Assembly: GCA_030141605.1 (NCBI GenBank)
Contig: JAQGDQ010000203.1
Location: 332,565 to 396,564, forward strand
DNA length: 64,000 nucleotides
Direction of reading: 5' to 3'
Source of the DNA: Tubiluchus corallicola
Lineage: Eukaryota > Animalia > Priapulida
Within the stretch, counting starts at the first letter, position 1; each line of letters starts with the position of its first letter. The position numbers and the translations under genes were made by a program. A model generated the notes under the pieces. It was given only the letters and a program-made list of their open reading frames with translations. It was not told the origin of the DNA and did not search any database. Below are positions 1-14,600 of the stretch, one piece after another.

Positions 1-247
1 AGAGGGAAAATAAGAGAGGAAGAGAAGCTTAAACGAACGAAAAAGTATGAATCGGAAGTGGTATCAATTTACTATGCATGAGTTCTGTTTCATATACGCC
101 GTAGCAGCAACGGTATGTCATGCATTTTTAACATCATATAGGTTGCTTTATATTACTATCTCCTATAGTAATTAATAATGTACGAAATAGACGGTCAGTC
201 TTGATTCGATCGTCAGCGTTGCAATTTAGGATAACAGAGAAACGCAA

Positions 248-585
248 CAGCTTACCGGGCTTTCTACAGCTTACCTGACTTTGTACAGCTTACCCGGTTT
301 TCACAGCTTACTCAGCTTTCTACAGATTACCTGACTTTCTGAAGATTACCAGCCTTTCTGCAACTTACCTGGCTTTCTGCAACTTGCCTGGTTTTCTACA
401 GCTTACCCAGCTGTCGGCCACTTAGATGGCTTTCTACAGTTTACCTGCTCTCTACAGCTTACCCGGCTTTCTGCAACTTACATGGCTTTCTACAGTTTAC
501 CTGGCTTTCTACAGATTACCCGGTTTTCTGCAACTTACATGGCTTTCTACAGTTTACCTGCTTTCTACAGATTACCCGATTTTCT
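248..585. repeat. Minisatellite, ~19-bp unit (consensus CAGCTTACCTGGCTTTCTA), about 17 degenerate copies
   Basis: Units read directly: cagcttaccgggctttcta, cagcttacctgactttgta, cagattacctgactttctg, caacttacctggctttctg, and so on. Confidence 0.9.
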
Positions 586-2072
586 TTATTGTACATAAAA
601 CGCTTCTGCCTAGTCGTAAATACATGCCACAGTCAATGAAATGTTTAGTGCACTCTATTGGAATAGAAATTTGAGGAAACACTGGTTACGTGGATTTCAA
701 CATTTTGATGACAAGTTATTGCGTTGCCTTCAAGTTCAATTTTTAACTTATTTCACGTTTTTGCGTCTTTCTGCCCATAAGTGTGGGCCACTAGGTTCAA
801 CAAATTATGCGGTTAACAGTTCTAATTTACGTGTGCTTTATTTTTGTATACTACTTATACACAGAAAACGATATATCAGAGTCACAATTAACAAAATAAT
901 AAATTTCACGAGAAATGATGTTGCAACAAGCTAAAAGTTTAAAAAGCCCGCCCAGTCTTACGACACTATGGGAATCCATCTTAGCAGTTATAGCTGAAGT
1001 TACAGTATTGAGATACATAGTGGTACTAATGAGCTATCACCTTGCTCAAAGTCGTTGATTTCTGCATACCATGTAGCGTACCCGTATGCCAATGATTCTA
1101 ACCCTGCAGGCCACGGCCTGTCAACCAGGACTTTTTCAATCTTAGCTTAATTTTATTCTGTGTAGGTTTGCAGTGTATGATGCGTTTTCTGATTTTGATT
1201 TTGAAGCACTGGCTAATGCACGACGTCAATGAGTGTGGTTTCATTGAATTCCCAAAATCCTTTAAGGTGAAATGCACAATAAGTTTAAAAAGAATAAAAA
1301 AGTAAGAAAGAATAATAAAAACTTTTATAAAGTCATATTAAAGGTAAAACAGCTCAACCTTGCAGGTATAAACATGTAAGTGTCCCTAAAGGGTAAATAC
1401 GAACTGAAGCTTTCCTTATAAAGGTCACATTGTCATTCAGTGATTAATCAATTGACTTAGTCTACAAAGCCAGTGGTCATTTTTCAATCGAATTTACGAT
1501 GTGTCACACGACAGTTTATCTACAGTTCGCTTTCACATATTTTACATATTATCCTTTCTCAAACTACATGCTAATGATTTACATTCTATGTTTGAGTAAT
1601 TACGGTATCATGCATATTACATGGCTAGCGTTGTTGTGAGAGTATTTGCAGCGTGATGTGGTTTTTATTGACCGTGCTACTCTCTGTACCTTACGAGAGC
1701 TTGTGCAGCGATATGTCATTGCGCCTGATCTGCATATTTATACAAGCCGAAGCTGAGTGCATGATATGTGTTTAGAATATAATATTGCATGAAATTATGC
1801 TCTCAGAGAGATGGTAAACGTTGAAGTGGACATTTGCTATGATTTATAAGCTATGGGCAGAAAGTTGGACGAACGCCGTTTGCCATGCTATTAATTTCAA
1901 GAAGAAAGTTTTGTTTTCACATTTTAAAGAAATTCCAATTACGTTTAACTGCTGAAAGGCCGCAACGTATACATAATGTGACCAGTTAATTAAAATAAGT
2001 GATGAAAATTCTGCTATCTATTCATTCCAGGCATACAATATGATATTAATATAAACGAGTGTTTAGGCAACA

Positions 2073-2170
2073 GGAATGGCAGAATGGTTACTATATGTGG
2101 TTGATGACCGAAGTTAAGCAACAATTGCCATAGTCAATAAATGGATGGGTTACCACCGGGAGCAATACTC
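2073..2170 (+). mobile_element. Degenerate 5S rRNA-derived sequence (SINE3-like head or 5S pseudogene fragment), preceded by a tRNA A-box-like motif
   Basis: 2102-2170 tgatgaccgaagttaagcaacaattgccatagtcaataaatggatgggttaccaccgggagcaatac follows the 5S internal control region (TGATC..CGAAGTTAAGCA...GTCAGTACTTGGATGGGTGACCGCCTGGGAA). The 5' part of 5S is absent; TGGCAGAATGGTTA is there instead. Confidence 0.65.
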
Positions 2171-5100
2171 ATTTTAAGTGGTTAAGATTTCACCGCCGTC
2201 TTAGTGTCATCTTGAGGTTAATCCCAATAATTACCTAGATACAGGTCCTGCCACAATGTTAATTAGGCTCTTTCATTGAGTGCTGAATCCCAGTGTGTAA
2301 TGTCCTGAACTTTCTGAAGAATCATCCTACATGTAACATATTTCTTACACAAAAATAACAAGTTTTCCATAGTTTCATTCCTAACGTCGCGTAGCTAATA
2401 AACAAGTTTACAAATAATCAACCATTAACTTTCTCCACCAAATATTAAAAGGTGTATTTCCACACATATCTTAATCTAATTTAAAAAATATATAATAATT
2501 AAATTTTAAAGTTATTAAAGTTAATAAGTAAGTAAAGTTATAATAAGCGTATAGAGTAACATGCACACGCGCCCAAGCACGCACACGCTCATGCACACGC
2601 GGTTAATATGTCTTGGGGTTGTAGGATAACGAATAAATATTGGGCCAGAACCCGTTTTTTAAGTTCAGTTACAAAATGATTTGTCACATGGCTATGGCTA
2701 TGGCCTTGAGCCATGACTATTTGGCTATAGAGTGACTAAGGAGGTGTGTCATGACCCATAGACATCGACCTCGGGACATATAGGCCTCACCTTGTTATTA
2801 GTTAATGAAATTTTACATCTTTGTTGCAGTTCATCTTATTTTCAATAAACATAGCGCTTGTACAAGTCTATAATGTGTTTACTGCATTCTGATAATTACA
2901 CGTAAATTAATATTCCCTTAAACTCTAACTGAATTGTCGTCTGCTGAATTCTACGTACACAATCACATTGTGTGAAGATTGTGGGTTCAACTGTAGCAGC
3001 CTAATTCACTGGCTTCAGAGGAAGAGAAATTATAGTTGCAGCCAGCAAGTGTTATGCTAGTAATAATTAGCACAGCATCTGCCTACTAGTCTATAGTTTC
3101 ATACCTTTGTGCGCATGCGCACACGTACCGGAATTATAAATGCTGCGTGAATTGGAAATGAACGCATTAGACCTGTATAACACCTGTAGAATAAAGGCAC
3201 CAGAACGCCATTAAATGGTGATACTTCATATAACGTAATTGTTTATACTGCGGTGGAAAGTAAATCTGATGTGTAGTATTGGGTATTAGTATCAACACAA
3301 GCGAAATTGGGTTGCCATGTAGAGCGTGACTGCGTTTATCGAATGCAGTAGCCTGGAAGTGGATTTCTTGGCTTCAATTTAAGTGTAGGCATAGGGAGGC
3401 CAGGATAAACAAGATTTATGTGCTGAGGTTGAGAGGTTGACACCGGAACTGTGCAGTGTGAGACTCGCTGAGTCCGTTGCTGTTACCGTTACCTTGGTGA
3501 TTCTGGTATAAGGGCGATTGGATGCTGCAGCCATGGTTACCCCAGCTGATTAGCAGGTATTTGCCCATTGTACGTAATGTTAGGTAGGCATGCTGTACGT
3601 ATTCTCAATTAGCATAGTTATATCAGCCAAAAAATTTTATATAAAAACGCAATTAAAAATGGCTCAGTTGATATTTTGCTAGTGCAATTAAGTAACACAT
3701 TGTGTTGTCTACAAAGCGTTTTTACTGTACATTTACTTTACCTTCTCTTAAAAGGTTTACTTTTAAAGTTAGTTAACATGCAAGTACCGAATTTACTTGC
3801 ATATTAGTATAGTTGAATATACTTGTAGAATCTCAGTATTGTTTCTGAGATCAATGAGAAAGCCAGATCCTCGGAAAGAAAGAAGCCAGCCTGCAACCAA
3901 AAGGAACGCACTGTCATTTCAATTATGAGTTCTTGGTGTATTTTCGGTTGTGTAATTTTAGCTCTGCTAACTGCATGGTTGAAGGTTCTGTTGCTCGCGT
4001 AATGGTTTTCCACAGACCACACAGGAATTTCACGGGAAAAATGTTTGTCCGCGGCAACCAGCTACTATACATAGCCGTGTAGTCGCTTTTAGCTATTTAT
4101 TGTTTTATTCAACATTATAGCTTGCTAGAACTGACTTTTACGTTATTCACAGTATAAATTTTTGTAGCTTTATACTCAAATAAATTCAATTCAATTCAAT
4201 TCTACAAAACCAGTAACGAAATAGTAACAATTTTACACAGTTTTAGGTGAATATTATGCAAATAGAATATCTAAAAACTTTTATTACCTTGGTACTTGCC
4301 AGTAATATCTTTAAGCTGAATAGTAGGTTAGCTGAATAGAATGTAGAACTTTTCTGTATTTATGGTTTGGAGTGCGGAAATTTGAGCATGTAAATGTAAA
4401 TGTGTGGAAAAAATGGAAATGTGGCTTAACAAAAACGTAAAGTTGGATGACCTTTTCAAATTCGATTCGCGTTTTTGCTATGTTCTTGTCTTGGGCTTGT
4501 ACGTGTCGTATAGCAGTATATCTCAGCTTAACTGTGAGAAACCGCACTTTGCCATATTTCTGCTGGTTTTATAGTAACAGAACACCACCATAAATAATTG
4601 AAAAAGCTCACAGTCGGATGTTGATAGCAACTATACTGCGTTCATTCACGTGTGTGTGTTTAATTAGCCGATCAGCATCCCTAGAGAATCATATGAAGCC
4701 ATAATGATACTGCTTGAACTTCATTGTAACACCTAACAGTACTCTGTGTCTCTAGATGTTAGAGGATGCTGAATCTCAAGCGACTTATGGGCAGGTAATT
4801 GGTTCTAATCATCTGGTCGTGTAGATTGTATCCTTGGCTGATTGTGTGTCGCTAAAATTGTCTGAAATAACTGGAAAGATGACAGCCAAGATGGCCGTAA
4901 ATTGAATCAAATTGCAAGATTAGGTGGGTTTCGCTGCGATGTAGAATGTTTGAAAGATGTGCTTGCATGTTAGAAGAGCAAGTTGTAAAAATCATTCACC
5001 AAACTACACTAAGTAGATAAGATGAGAATTTAGACACTAGGGAAGTTGCAAATATGAAAGACGTGGAAGAGATTTAAATAATAACTGGTCACAGTGTTTC

Positions 5101-6771
5101 TGCGTTTCTCAGAATCCTGATATCTCAGCTTTGTATATACTAATTTATGTCATTGCACCTTTGCATGTATGTGTAAGTTACTTAACTTGGTCAAAATGTA
5201 TGCATATGCTGCATAACCCGTGTTCACAATAAGAAACGAATGATTATGATATTAAATATGTAATTAAAATTAATTACGCAATTAAAAATTTGAAAAAGGC
5301 GAAATGTGCTATTGATACGTGATGTGTGATGTGTTTTAATGGTAATGATAAATTTCTCATTTCAGTTAAAAATGGTTTATCAGTACATAAAAGCAACTTA
5401 TTTGTGAACTTTGTAACTAGATTTCGTGTTGAGCGGCTATTCAAAAACTAAATTTAATTTTTTTTATGTATTTCAGTAAACTCTATTATGGAAAGCCTTA
5501 GCGAGATGCTAATATGTAGTTAGATTCAACACACATCAGTAACCGATTTTATACCATACAGTAGCGCCATTAAGGCGTCAGTAAGCCTATTATAATTATT
5601 GAAGTTCATTTTTTATTAAATATTACCTATTTACCCACGCTCGCCTATAATTATATCGTAACTCAATATGTTAATCCATCATTTAGAATTAATCCAACCA
5701 TTTATTTTCAACCTCGTCTCATTTTATCCTTAACTTTCTATCTAGGCTCTACGTTTGTCACACATCCCAGCTTTCACTGTTGCTAAACCTTTCTGCGACT
5801 TAAATGCCATTTATAATAAATGTACTACAATAATGTACACTTGTAATTTTCTTATTAGATATGAATCACATCCGATAAGTTTTGGTATAGGGATTTCTTC
5901 CTGTTGGGAACATCAGTATAATTTATGTTTATGAAAGTATGTAATCTATCTACCATGGATAATCTTAAAACAAAAATACAGTCGAAACGAGTTGCCACCT
6001 TAAACTATAAGACTGGGAGAATGGAACCGAGTAAAACAAGAGGAACTTTTTAAACAATCAGAGAAGGTAATTACATTCCTAGTGCGATATTTCGACAATG
6101 ATAGTTTGTCGTGAGTTGTGAAACATTTGTTAGCTTACTGAAATGATTCCGAGTCAACTGATGGGGATAATTGAAAATTATCACTTGTTGCCCGGCAACT
6201 TCAGCTTCAGCAGCGGCGCCGCGCAATTTTCATCGCCTTTAGTCATCAACTCTACACAATTTCACGACAACAGATGAATTGATTATTATAATTCTTTAAA
6301 ATAAAACTTGTTTATAAAGTAATTTCTTAGCTTGAAACGAACGAATGTCAGAAATATTTTTAAGTATCCTTGGAGGCAAATTAGTTTAGATTAAGAATTT
6401 CATTTCACGTGAAGCGAAGTGAATATCTGCGTGATCACGACGTGTTCTTCGTGACGGAAGTTAAGAACAGGTGAAAAAATGCTCACGCAACCTCAAGCCG
6501 AGCAGTGATTGAGAACTACTTGCAGATATGTTCGACAGCAACAACAATAAGTGGTTTTTGGTACAACGTACCTCTTGCGGCAGCACTTCCTGAAGTTTGC
6601 CATTTTGGGGTTGATTTTATGCTTCCTGTGTAATTTGTTTAGTTCTTTTAATAACAGAGCCAGATTCTTAACGCATTCTACTAATTTCCTCATAAAACGT
6701 TAAAAAAGAGAATAACATTGGCGAAAAATGACGAAAAAAAAAATGATCAAGAAAAACAAACACCATCACTG

Positions 6772-6810
6772 CAACAACAACAACTACAACAACAACAACA
6801 ACAACAACAA
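6772..6810. repeat. (CAA)n microsatellite
   Basis: caacaacaacaactacaacaacaac... read directly. Confidence 0.9.
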
Positions 6811-7318
6811 GTACGTCGATCAAAAAATATCATACTAATTAACATTGCAGGCCTACAGGCTTCTTCTTTAAGCTTAATTTTTTTCCAATAAACATTGATA
6901 CTGCTGCTACTGCAGTGATGTTTTTCCACGATGGGTCGAAAGTTTATACACAATAATTACAAACCCCGCGGTTTATTGACAGTAATCTGTTGTCCAACGA
7001 GTGATTGTTAACCGTCTTTATCGTTCTGCATGGAAGATGCTCTCATGTCCAGCCGTTTCGAGAGGCGGTTGAATAACTTGAATACATGTGACAAAGAAAT
7101 TTCTGCGAATTTATGCTTAATGATGTAAAGTGATTTTATTACTGACACTTCTATATTAACTTGTGGTGTACCTTATAGGCGTTCTGAGCTTGTATGAAAT
7201 TTTAGTTATCTGACCGATCCACTTATGATTGTTTTTGGCTCATAATGGCAACACGAGAAAAGTTTTCACAGTTTATATGACCTGCTATAATTAAGTAAAC
7301 GCACAACAGATGTAACAT

Positions 7319-7321
<3 letters not shown>

Positions 7322-7356
<35 letters not shown>

Positions 7357-7367
7357 GATTATTATTA

Positions 7368-7433
<66 letters not shown>
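7322..7433. repeat. (ATT)n microsatellite
   Basis: Long, slightly interrupted ATT run. Confidence 0.97.
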
Positions 7434-7435
<2 letters not shown>

Positions 7436-7805
7436 AGAGGCACAATTACTATAATTGTTATTTTGTGATAATAATAATAATCACCATACTAATGCTCTCC
7501 CAACTGCATAGTGACGCCTTCAACTAGTATTTGTTTCAGTAACTGGTAACATTTTCATAACTTTAGATATCTTGCTTTTAACTTTGTTTTTTTAAATTTT
7601 ATGCATAAACACAAAATAGACGCCAACCAATAAATTTCTTACACTTGCCGGCCAAAAACAGACACTGTTAATCAATAGCAAGTTAGTTTAAGATTTTGTT
7701 TTCTGGTGCTGTGTTTAAATTTTCACTTCTTAAGTGTAGTTAATTTGTTTAACTTCTTTGTGTAAAAACATATATTTGCAGGCCTAAATCAACATTTGGG
7801 TTAAT

Positions 7806-8000
7806 TGGCGTTTATGTAGCTTCCGGAATGCGCATGCGTTATGGGAGTGCGAAGTAGATGAAATCAGTTTATATTATTTTCAATGCACCCGTTCATATGA
7901 CCTGCGTTATGCGCTATTTTTTTCTGCAGTTATTTCTTATTAATTTTTTTATTCCGCAGGCGGAAACGCATAACGCGTTCCGGATGCTACATGAACACCA
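7806..8000. mobile_element. MITE copy A, ~35-bp imperfect terminal inverted repeats
   Basis: Left end tggcgtttatgtagcttccggaatgcgcatgcgtt matches the reverse complement of the right end, tggtgttcatgtagcatccggaacgcgttatgcgtt. A homologous copy lies at 35291-35473. Confidence 0.75.
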
Positions 8001-8514
8001 CTAGTCTGCTGTTTAGGAATTCTCACCCGTAACATATTATACGGGTTTACAGATCCCGTCCGGCAAAGAGATTGGGGAATCTACTCGTATGAATATTTCA
8101 TGAGTCTTCAAATATTTCACGAGTGTTCACGGTAACTCCTGGAAAAGCGGGAAACAATATCAATTACTGTAGACTACTTTGATGGCATAAAAACATTTTG
8201 ATATCGCGTTTGCTGCATCAAACAGATATAAAGTAGCACTTTATTGGCCAAAACAACGCGCAAGCAAACACATCGAGAGCCTTGTAGGTGATTTTAACTT
8301 CTGGAAATATCAGTGTAACAAGTGCACAATACGCCAACAACTATTATTCTGATCATTTTTGCTACCGATAACTGCAGCCAAAAAAGAAGGTGCAGACATA
8401 GCACTACTATCATTATTTAATTTCAGCTTAAGTTGTTTAACCAACGATATCATCCCCTCCTCCAGAATCTTTGCACTGATCACGCAGTTAACTATTAGTC
8501 GCTTAATTTAAATA

Positions 8515-8646
8515 CTAGTGGTAGTGGTAGTAGTGTTGGTAGTGGCAGCGGTAGCGGTAGCGATAGTGTGCAGCAGCAGCAGTGGCAGTGGCAGCAGAAG
8601 CGGCAGCAGCAGTAGCAGTAGCAATAGCAGTACCAGTAATAGTAAC
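8515..8646. repeat. Degenerate (GTA/GTG/GCA)n trinucleotide tract
   Basis: Low-complexity tract producing spurious poly-V/poly-S and poly-C ORFs. Confidence 0.85.
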
Positions 8647-11600
8647 TCAACCTTTTTGCAGAGACACTTAAATAGAACACTTAAATTTGTTTTGACTTCC
8701 TATCAGTCGAATACAATCGTATTGCAATAAAAATACATCATAACGTTTTAATTATATCCATTTGAAATTTCTTTAATTCAACTAATTGTTTGTTAGTGGC
8801 ACAAACTCTGTTATGATTTGTTATAAATCTGTTAATCATAGAATGAATAAAATTGGATCCAATTCCATAGATGATTGAAACTAATGTGATGTAACTGTAT
8901 TTCCATAGCCAAAGATTTTAGTATTGGCTGCAGGGAGCTGCTTAAAGGTGCACCTTAAATTCCGGTTAAATCCAAAACAAGATTTGTAAAACACTTTTCA
9001 GCGGAACACTAAACTGCATTACAATTCGATTAACAGGATGTGCATTCTGCCATCTTAAAGAACTTAGCTTCCCAAAAGTCACCGCGGGACGTCCCATAAT
9101 GCGCTGTTAAGAAAAACATCTCAGCGAGACTGGGCAAAGAAAGGTTTTTCGTACATCTATGTAGACGGTTTGAGATGCAGATGGATGCCACATGCTACGA
9201 AAAAACACATCTCGTTTTAGCTTATCCTTTCCTTATGTTCCTGTGGTGTGGAAGGGAGGTAAGGATGGTTCGGAAGATGTTCTTCGGTTAAATCCATTTT
9301 TAAAATCTTATGTAATAGTCGTTATTAATCGACCAATGTAACTGCGCAATAGCCTACACGATTTGCCGTCCGATAAGGGGTCGCTATCTTGAAAAGTTAT
9401 TATAATTAAAACGGGCTCTAGGCAGTTTGATGTCCTAGGCGAAAACTATTTGTAGCGTCGCCTCCTCAGCGGTCAACCCCCTTCCTTCATGGTTTTCATC
9501 CCACAGCCAAAATTGAATTTTGTTGCATGTATAAGTAGTACTTGTGTGTTAGGCTAATACATGTATTATAATGTGCTAATTAAGTGTAGTTAATTAACTA
9601 TCTACAGCATGTGTTGATTAAATGTAAAATTGAGTTTATGACCCAATTATACGTCCTGGATGTTCAGGAGCAATGAAAATTTCTTCTATTTTGCTAACAC
9701 TTTTCACGTACATGCTTTTGGCTAGATTTTTCCTGAATCTTTCCATCAATAAATTTTTGAAACACCAACTTCTCTTTTTATATCTATTTCACTAGTTTCA
9801 TCGTCTTTACAACCATAACTCTGGTCTGGTTGAAAATACTGACGTAGACATTCGATATAAGTAATTGTACTTCCAAGAGTGGAACTCATTTATTGTTTTA
9901 AACTAACTGTGTTCCTGTTGTATAGTTTTATCTTATGTGTATAGTTTTGTATTCTGCATTTCCTAATCGTTTTATATAGTACTCTACATATTGATTTAAA
10001 TCTAAAATGAAATAAAATAAAATAACATAAACATCTTTAGTGAATTTGTTTGTTGTTTAGTGTCCGCCTTTCGTTTCCTGTATTACGCTTCTGAAGGTAT
10101 ATTCGATTCTTATATGTTTTTCCGCTACAATTAGGCCAAGATTTTCCTATTGCGAAATCTTCTTGTTAGACAAACACTTTTTTATTAACAGGAGTAGATG
10201 CAATATGAACTGTAGGCAAAAGGAGGGAAATAACGTAATATTGGGAAACCAATTAAAACAAAAGTGGAAAGTGTTTTGCTGCAGGTCAGTGTCGATGAAT
10301 CATACATTTTCAAGAAATTTTTGACACAAATTAACACTTTGTACACAAAGAAATTTAGGCACAGTGACACGAGCTGAAGTTGAGTAGTGGTTATTTTGGA
10401 CATACAACACCTTGCAGATCACTCTGCCTGTGATTTTAGTACGAAGACATTTGACAAATAAGGCGAAAGTACAAAACGAGTTTTTTGGAGCTGCTTAAAT
10501 CACAAGAAGACACCCGTCATAAATAAAAAAATTGTCTTGAAATTTTTTGTCATTGTCTTATTGCATACAAACTTGCGCTAGCAGTAACACTGTATAAAAC
10601 TTTTAAATTAAAACTCCCGCGATGACTGTAGGTGTAGCAATTTTAACCATAAGTCGTTTGAAACAAATTTAGATAACATTGCATAAAGTTTGAAAAAATA
10701 ATAATCAGAATAGTTGTAGCACACTTTGTGCTAACTAAGCAAAAGTAAAAAATCACCTTATTTTGTTAGTAAGATCAATAATGTGTTTTGGTCTCGAAAT
10801 TTCCGAAAATTCAGAACGACTGTTCGTATTTCTACATATAAAATTGCAAAAACAGGTTTTTATCGCCGTATTTCAATTCCAATTCTTATATGTTAAATTT
10901 TAAACTTAAATTTACTGTATTTGTTGCTTGTCTATGATAGCACATTGCTGCTTTTTAAACGTTCTACATAAAAGTTTAAAAATTGATACTCAAATTGAAA
11001 ACTTTATCTTTTCCCAATTACTAGCTAAGCAGCATAAGCTAGAGGAAGTGTGTCTGACTCTAAAAGCTGATTATAATTTTGAAGCGGAAGTTTGTACCGA
11101 TGCTTCTTTCGTAATTACTGTGCAATGACCATGTTTCTTTGACGCGAACGTTGCCATATAAGTAATTTTGACTTTTGGAGCACAGTGTAACTTGGACGTC
11201 ACAAAAGCTCTCTGCAAGAATCATTTACAGTCATCCATCACAGCGCAGTCGTTAGTCTGCTGTGTGCTAGTTTAGAAGCCAGAGTTTTTATGGCTTCCCA
11301 AAGATAAATGAATGTTTTCAGCTGCAAGAGCGCGGCCTGACGCAAAAAAGCTAAAAACATCGTTGACCCGGTTTTAATGCCTTTGCGCATGCGGGGCGAA
11401 CATTTTACTTAACATGCAAAATTTGTAAACATATTTTCACTTGTTTTTTGGGTGATGTGACACCTACCATCGTGTATAAACGACTTTGGACTTGCTGAAT
11501 TGTAAAGAAGATTGAACGTTGTTCGGTAACACGGTTACACAGAAATTTAGGTACCTCTTAACTAGCGGATCTTGGTTTAATTACTGTTATTCGTATATCT

Positions 11601-14600
11601 GCCAAGCACTCAACTTCTGCGCAAATATTTGCTAGGTTTTGCTTAAGTTTTTGTTTAAGTTTTGACGTAAATCACTTACACTTGGCTATACATTTGCTTA
11701 CACTCCTTTCACCAGCTTATTTTTAAATCTGCTTAGGTTACTCATCTACTTTTACTTGCATTAGTTTTGTTAGTATACCTTGATTACATTTGTTTACATT
11801 ATTTACACTTGCCAACAGTTGCACACATTACTTCTGTTAGGTTATTTTGTTTACATTTGTTTATATAGTTACATTTACTTCAATTTGTTGGCATTGCTCC
11901 TATCGTCTTACTTCGTTTACACACGCCTACATCACTTACCTGCTCCACCATACCACTACATTATGTCTGCTAACTTACTTTGTTGAATTTGCTTAGATTA
12001 CTTACCTTAGATTATAATTCCTTTTCATAGTACAAGAAAAACATAGTATAAAACTTATTCATTTAAACTGTTACCTACGTTTTTATGCATCTTTTTGTGC
12101 AAAAATCGTTCTAATTTTAAAATAGATCAACCAAAAATTTCTAGACTTTGCACAACTCACTTATTGGCTTTCTTTGTTTGCAAAATGTTAAAATGGTTTT
12201 TAATTTGTACTATAATTCTGTAAATATTTATTGTGTTTTACATCCAGCTAATATTTACTAAATTTTTATAAACGTGAAACAATAAATTGAGTTTCAAATA
12301 AAAAAATGTAATAGGAAGTTAATTGTTTCCTAAGAATAAAGGCAGCTGCAGTTCTACTAGCATGAGAATACACGTAATAACATGACATGATCAGTCAAAC
12401 GTCTTGAGAATAATAAATTTCTCGTAAAAGCGTTATTGTCCAGAGTAGATTTATTGTATGTGCAGCTGAGCGTAGTTATACTGAGTATGTAGCCTTGGAC
12501 TATAGTGCGAGAGAGAGAAAGAGAGATTGAAATAATATTTCGAACAGTTAAGTTCATATATTTACAAATCCACGCAATTTCACACAAATACATACATGAA
12601 TAAATGTATACTTGAATAATTAAATAACTTGGTGTCAATATTGTAATGCTGGCGATGGTGTCGATTCACTGCAGTACACTTCATTGTAAAACGTGAATTA
12701 GCGAAAAAACAGAGAATTTTTGTAAAATGAACTGGCCAGAACCCAGTGTGCTCCATGTTAATTCTACGGAACAGGTGCTGAGATGTTAATCGCATCTGTC
12801 AGTCAGCCAGTGGAACCGATGAGACCACTCCATATCACCTACTCATAGCTGCTATTCAATGCCGATATGGAATGGCTTCGTAATGTATTAAACCATCACA
12901 ATGTGGTGGTAGGGGTGAAAAGAAATGTCATTTCGCCGCCGTAACTATTAGCTAAAAGTTTAAACACAATTGCTTTTTCGTTCTCAGCATTACAGACAGA
13001 CAGTTCTAAACAGATTGTGTTGCACTTTGTTGCCTATATAATAAAGTTCCCCACTTCTTTCTAATTATGCATGGTGAAACAGACATCACTTTTAAACATA
13101 CAAATTACATTTGAACTGCTGTTCGTACGGATTAGTAAGCTATTTACATATCTTCTGTGTATTACCACGAATTATTTTAAATTTAGTTGTATAGACATAG
13201 ATCTGCGAAATAGTCGATATAAAATTTTTCAAATCTTCTTTATTTGAATTTTTTCACAAATCTTTGCGTTTGTTTGTTAAAACATCTGTCAGATCATACA
13301 AATCACCAGATATGTTAATGGAATTAAACATAATTGTTATAATTATCACAAAAACGAGACAAAATAGAGATAATTTAAACTAATTTTTAACCTTAAGTAG
13401 CAATAGTTATCCAGAAGCTATGAAAGCAAGACACTGACAATAACTGTAGAGGCAAGCGAATTAAACTCTCTACCGGTACACGCCGAAAAGCCAAGATATG
13501 TATGGTTGTGGAAATGCGACTAACCCTTCTAGTCCTATCACCAGAGGCTCTGAAAGGGCAAATAAAATAACTTGAGTAATGGCTTAAACCGCTTGTTGAC
13601 TTATCGTCAAAAATCTAAATACACTGCACCCTGTAATGGTGCGAGTAATTAATTAGTCAAGCTATAAATAGTACAGCTGCGTCACCGTGCCAATAAGAGA
13701 CTTGAAATGACAGTATTTCTCAAGAATGATTAACATCTCAATGTGAACGCGTTACGAGCAGCTATCTTAAAAGGCGCTGTTATTGCTGAATAAGTCATTT
13801 TGACTTCGATGGTCGAAATGGAATGTCGGGTACCATATCTGACTTCATCATTTACAAATAAGGGAATGATGTGGTATTTTTGATTGATTAAATAAGAAGG
13901 AACGTTGGCTAAACAATGTTGGACGCCCCCTGGGTTTGTAAAACGTCATCTGAAGCTTTTAGTCCATTTCTAACTTTTACCCTGGCGACTGGCGTGCTGT
14001 CCATGCTTTTAGTGGGCTTCTAAGTTTTGTCCCAGTGAGATTTCAACGCTGAAATGTTCGTCTCAGCCTCTTACATCAGTTTATGATTAACGTCATTATC
14101 AAGGAAACGATGCCATGGCATATCGTTGTAGTTCTAAAACTGTGCAAGAAGATGTAATATTCCACAGGCTCTGAAATGCTCTAAAAGTTTTGTTATTGTA
14201 TGGCGAAAGAGGCGAATTCATACATTTAAGCCGCTAGACATAATTTACAGGATTTTTTAGACACGGTACAAGAGCAAAAACTACAGCGTCTATGACTTGA
14301 ATCAAATGAAGACTACACCCATTCAAATGAGTGTAACAAACCACAAGTTAAACTTTCTATCTTCTGTGTGTAAAGCCCCTACTGTGCTCTAGAGTCTAGA
14401 TAATCTGGATCCAGGCGGAAACGCATTTTAATTGATGTTATTAGTTTACTATCTGCTTATATCAAGTATGGCATGGCAACACACTGAACATCTGATAATT
14501 TACACTGACAAGCTGCTCAGTAGGGAAGCCTATACTCCTGTTTAGAATATACATGTCTTCCATGTTGTTTAACAAGCTGCAATCCACTTTTCTAGTTTAT

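Noticed and set aside
248-585. Regular short repeats suggestive of a CRISPR array; ORF 426-674
   Set aside because: The units are head-to-tail with no unique spacers, there are no cas genes and the context is eukaryotic. It is a minisatellite and the ORF is a by-product.
10360-11122. CACAGTG...ACTGTG ends suggesting a Transib/RSS-like element
   Set aside because: The inverted match beyond the heptamer is poor and there is no 5-bp target duplication.
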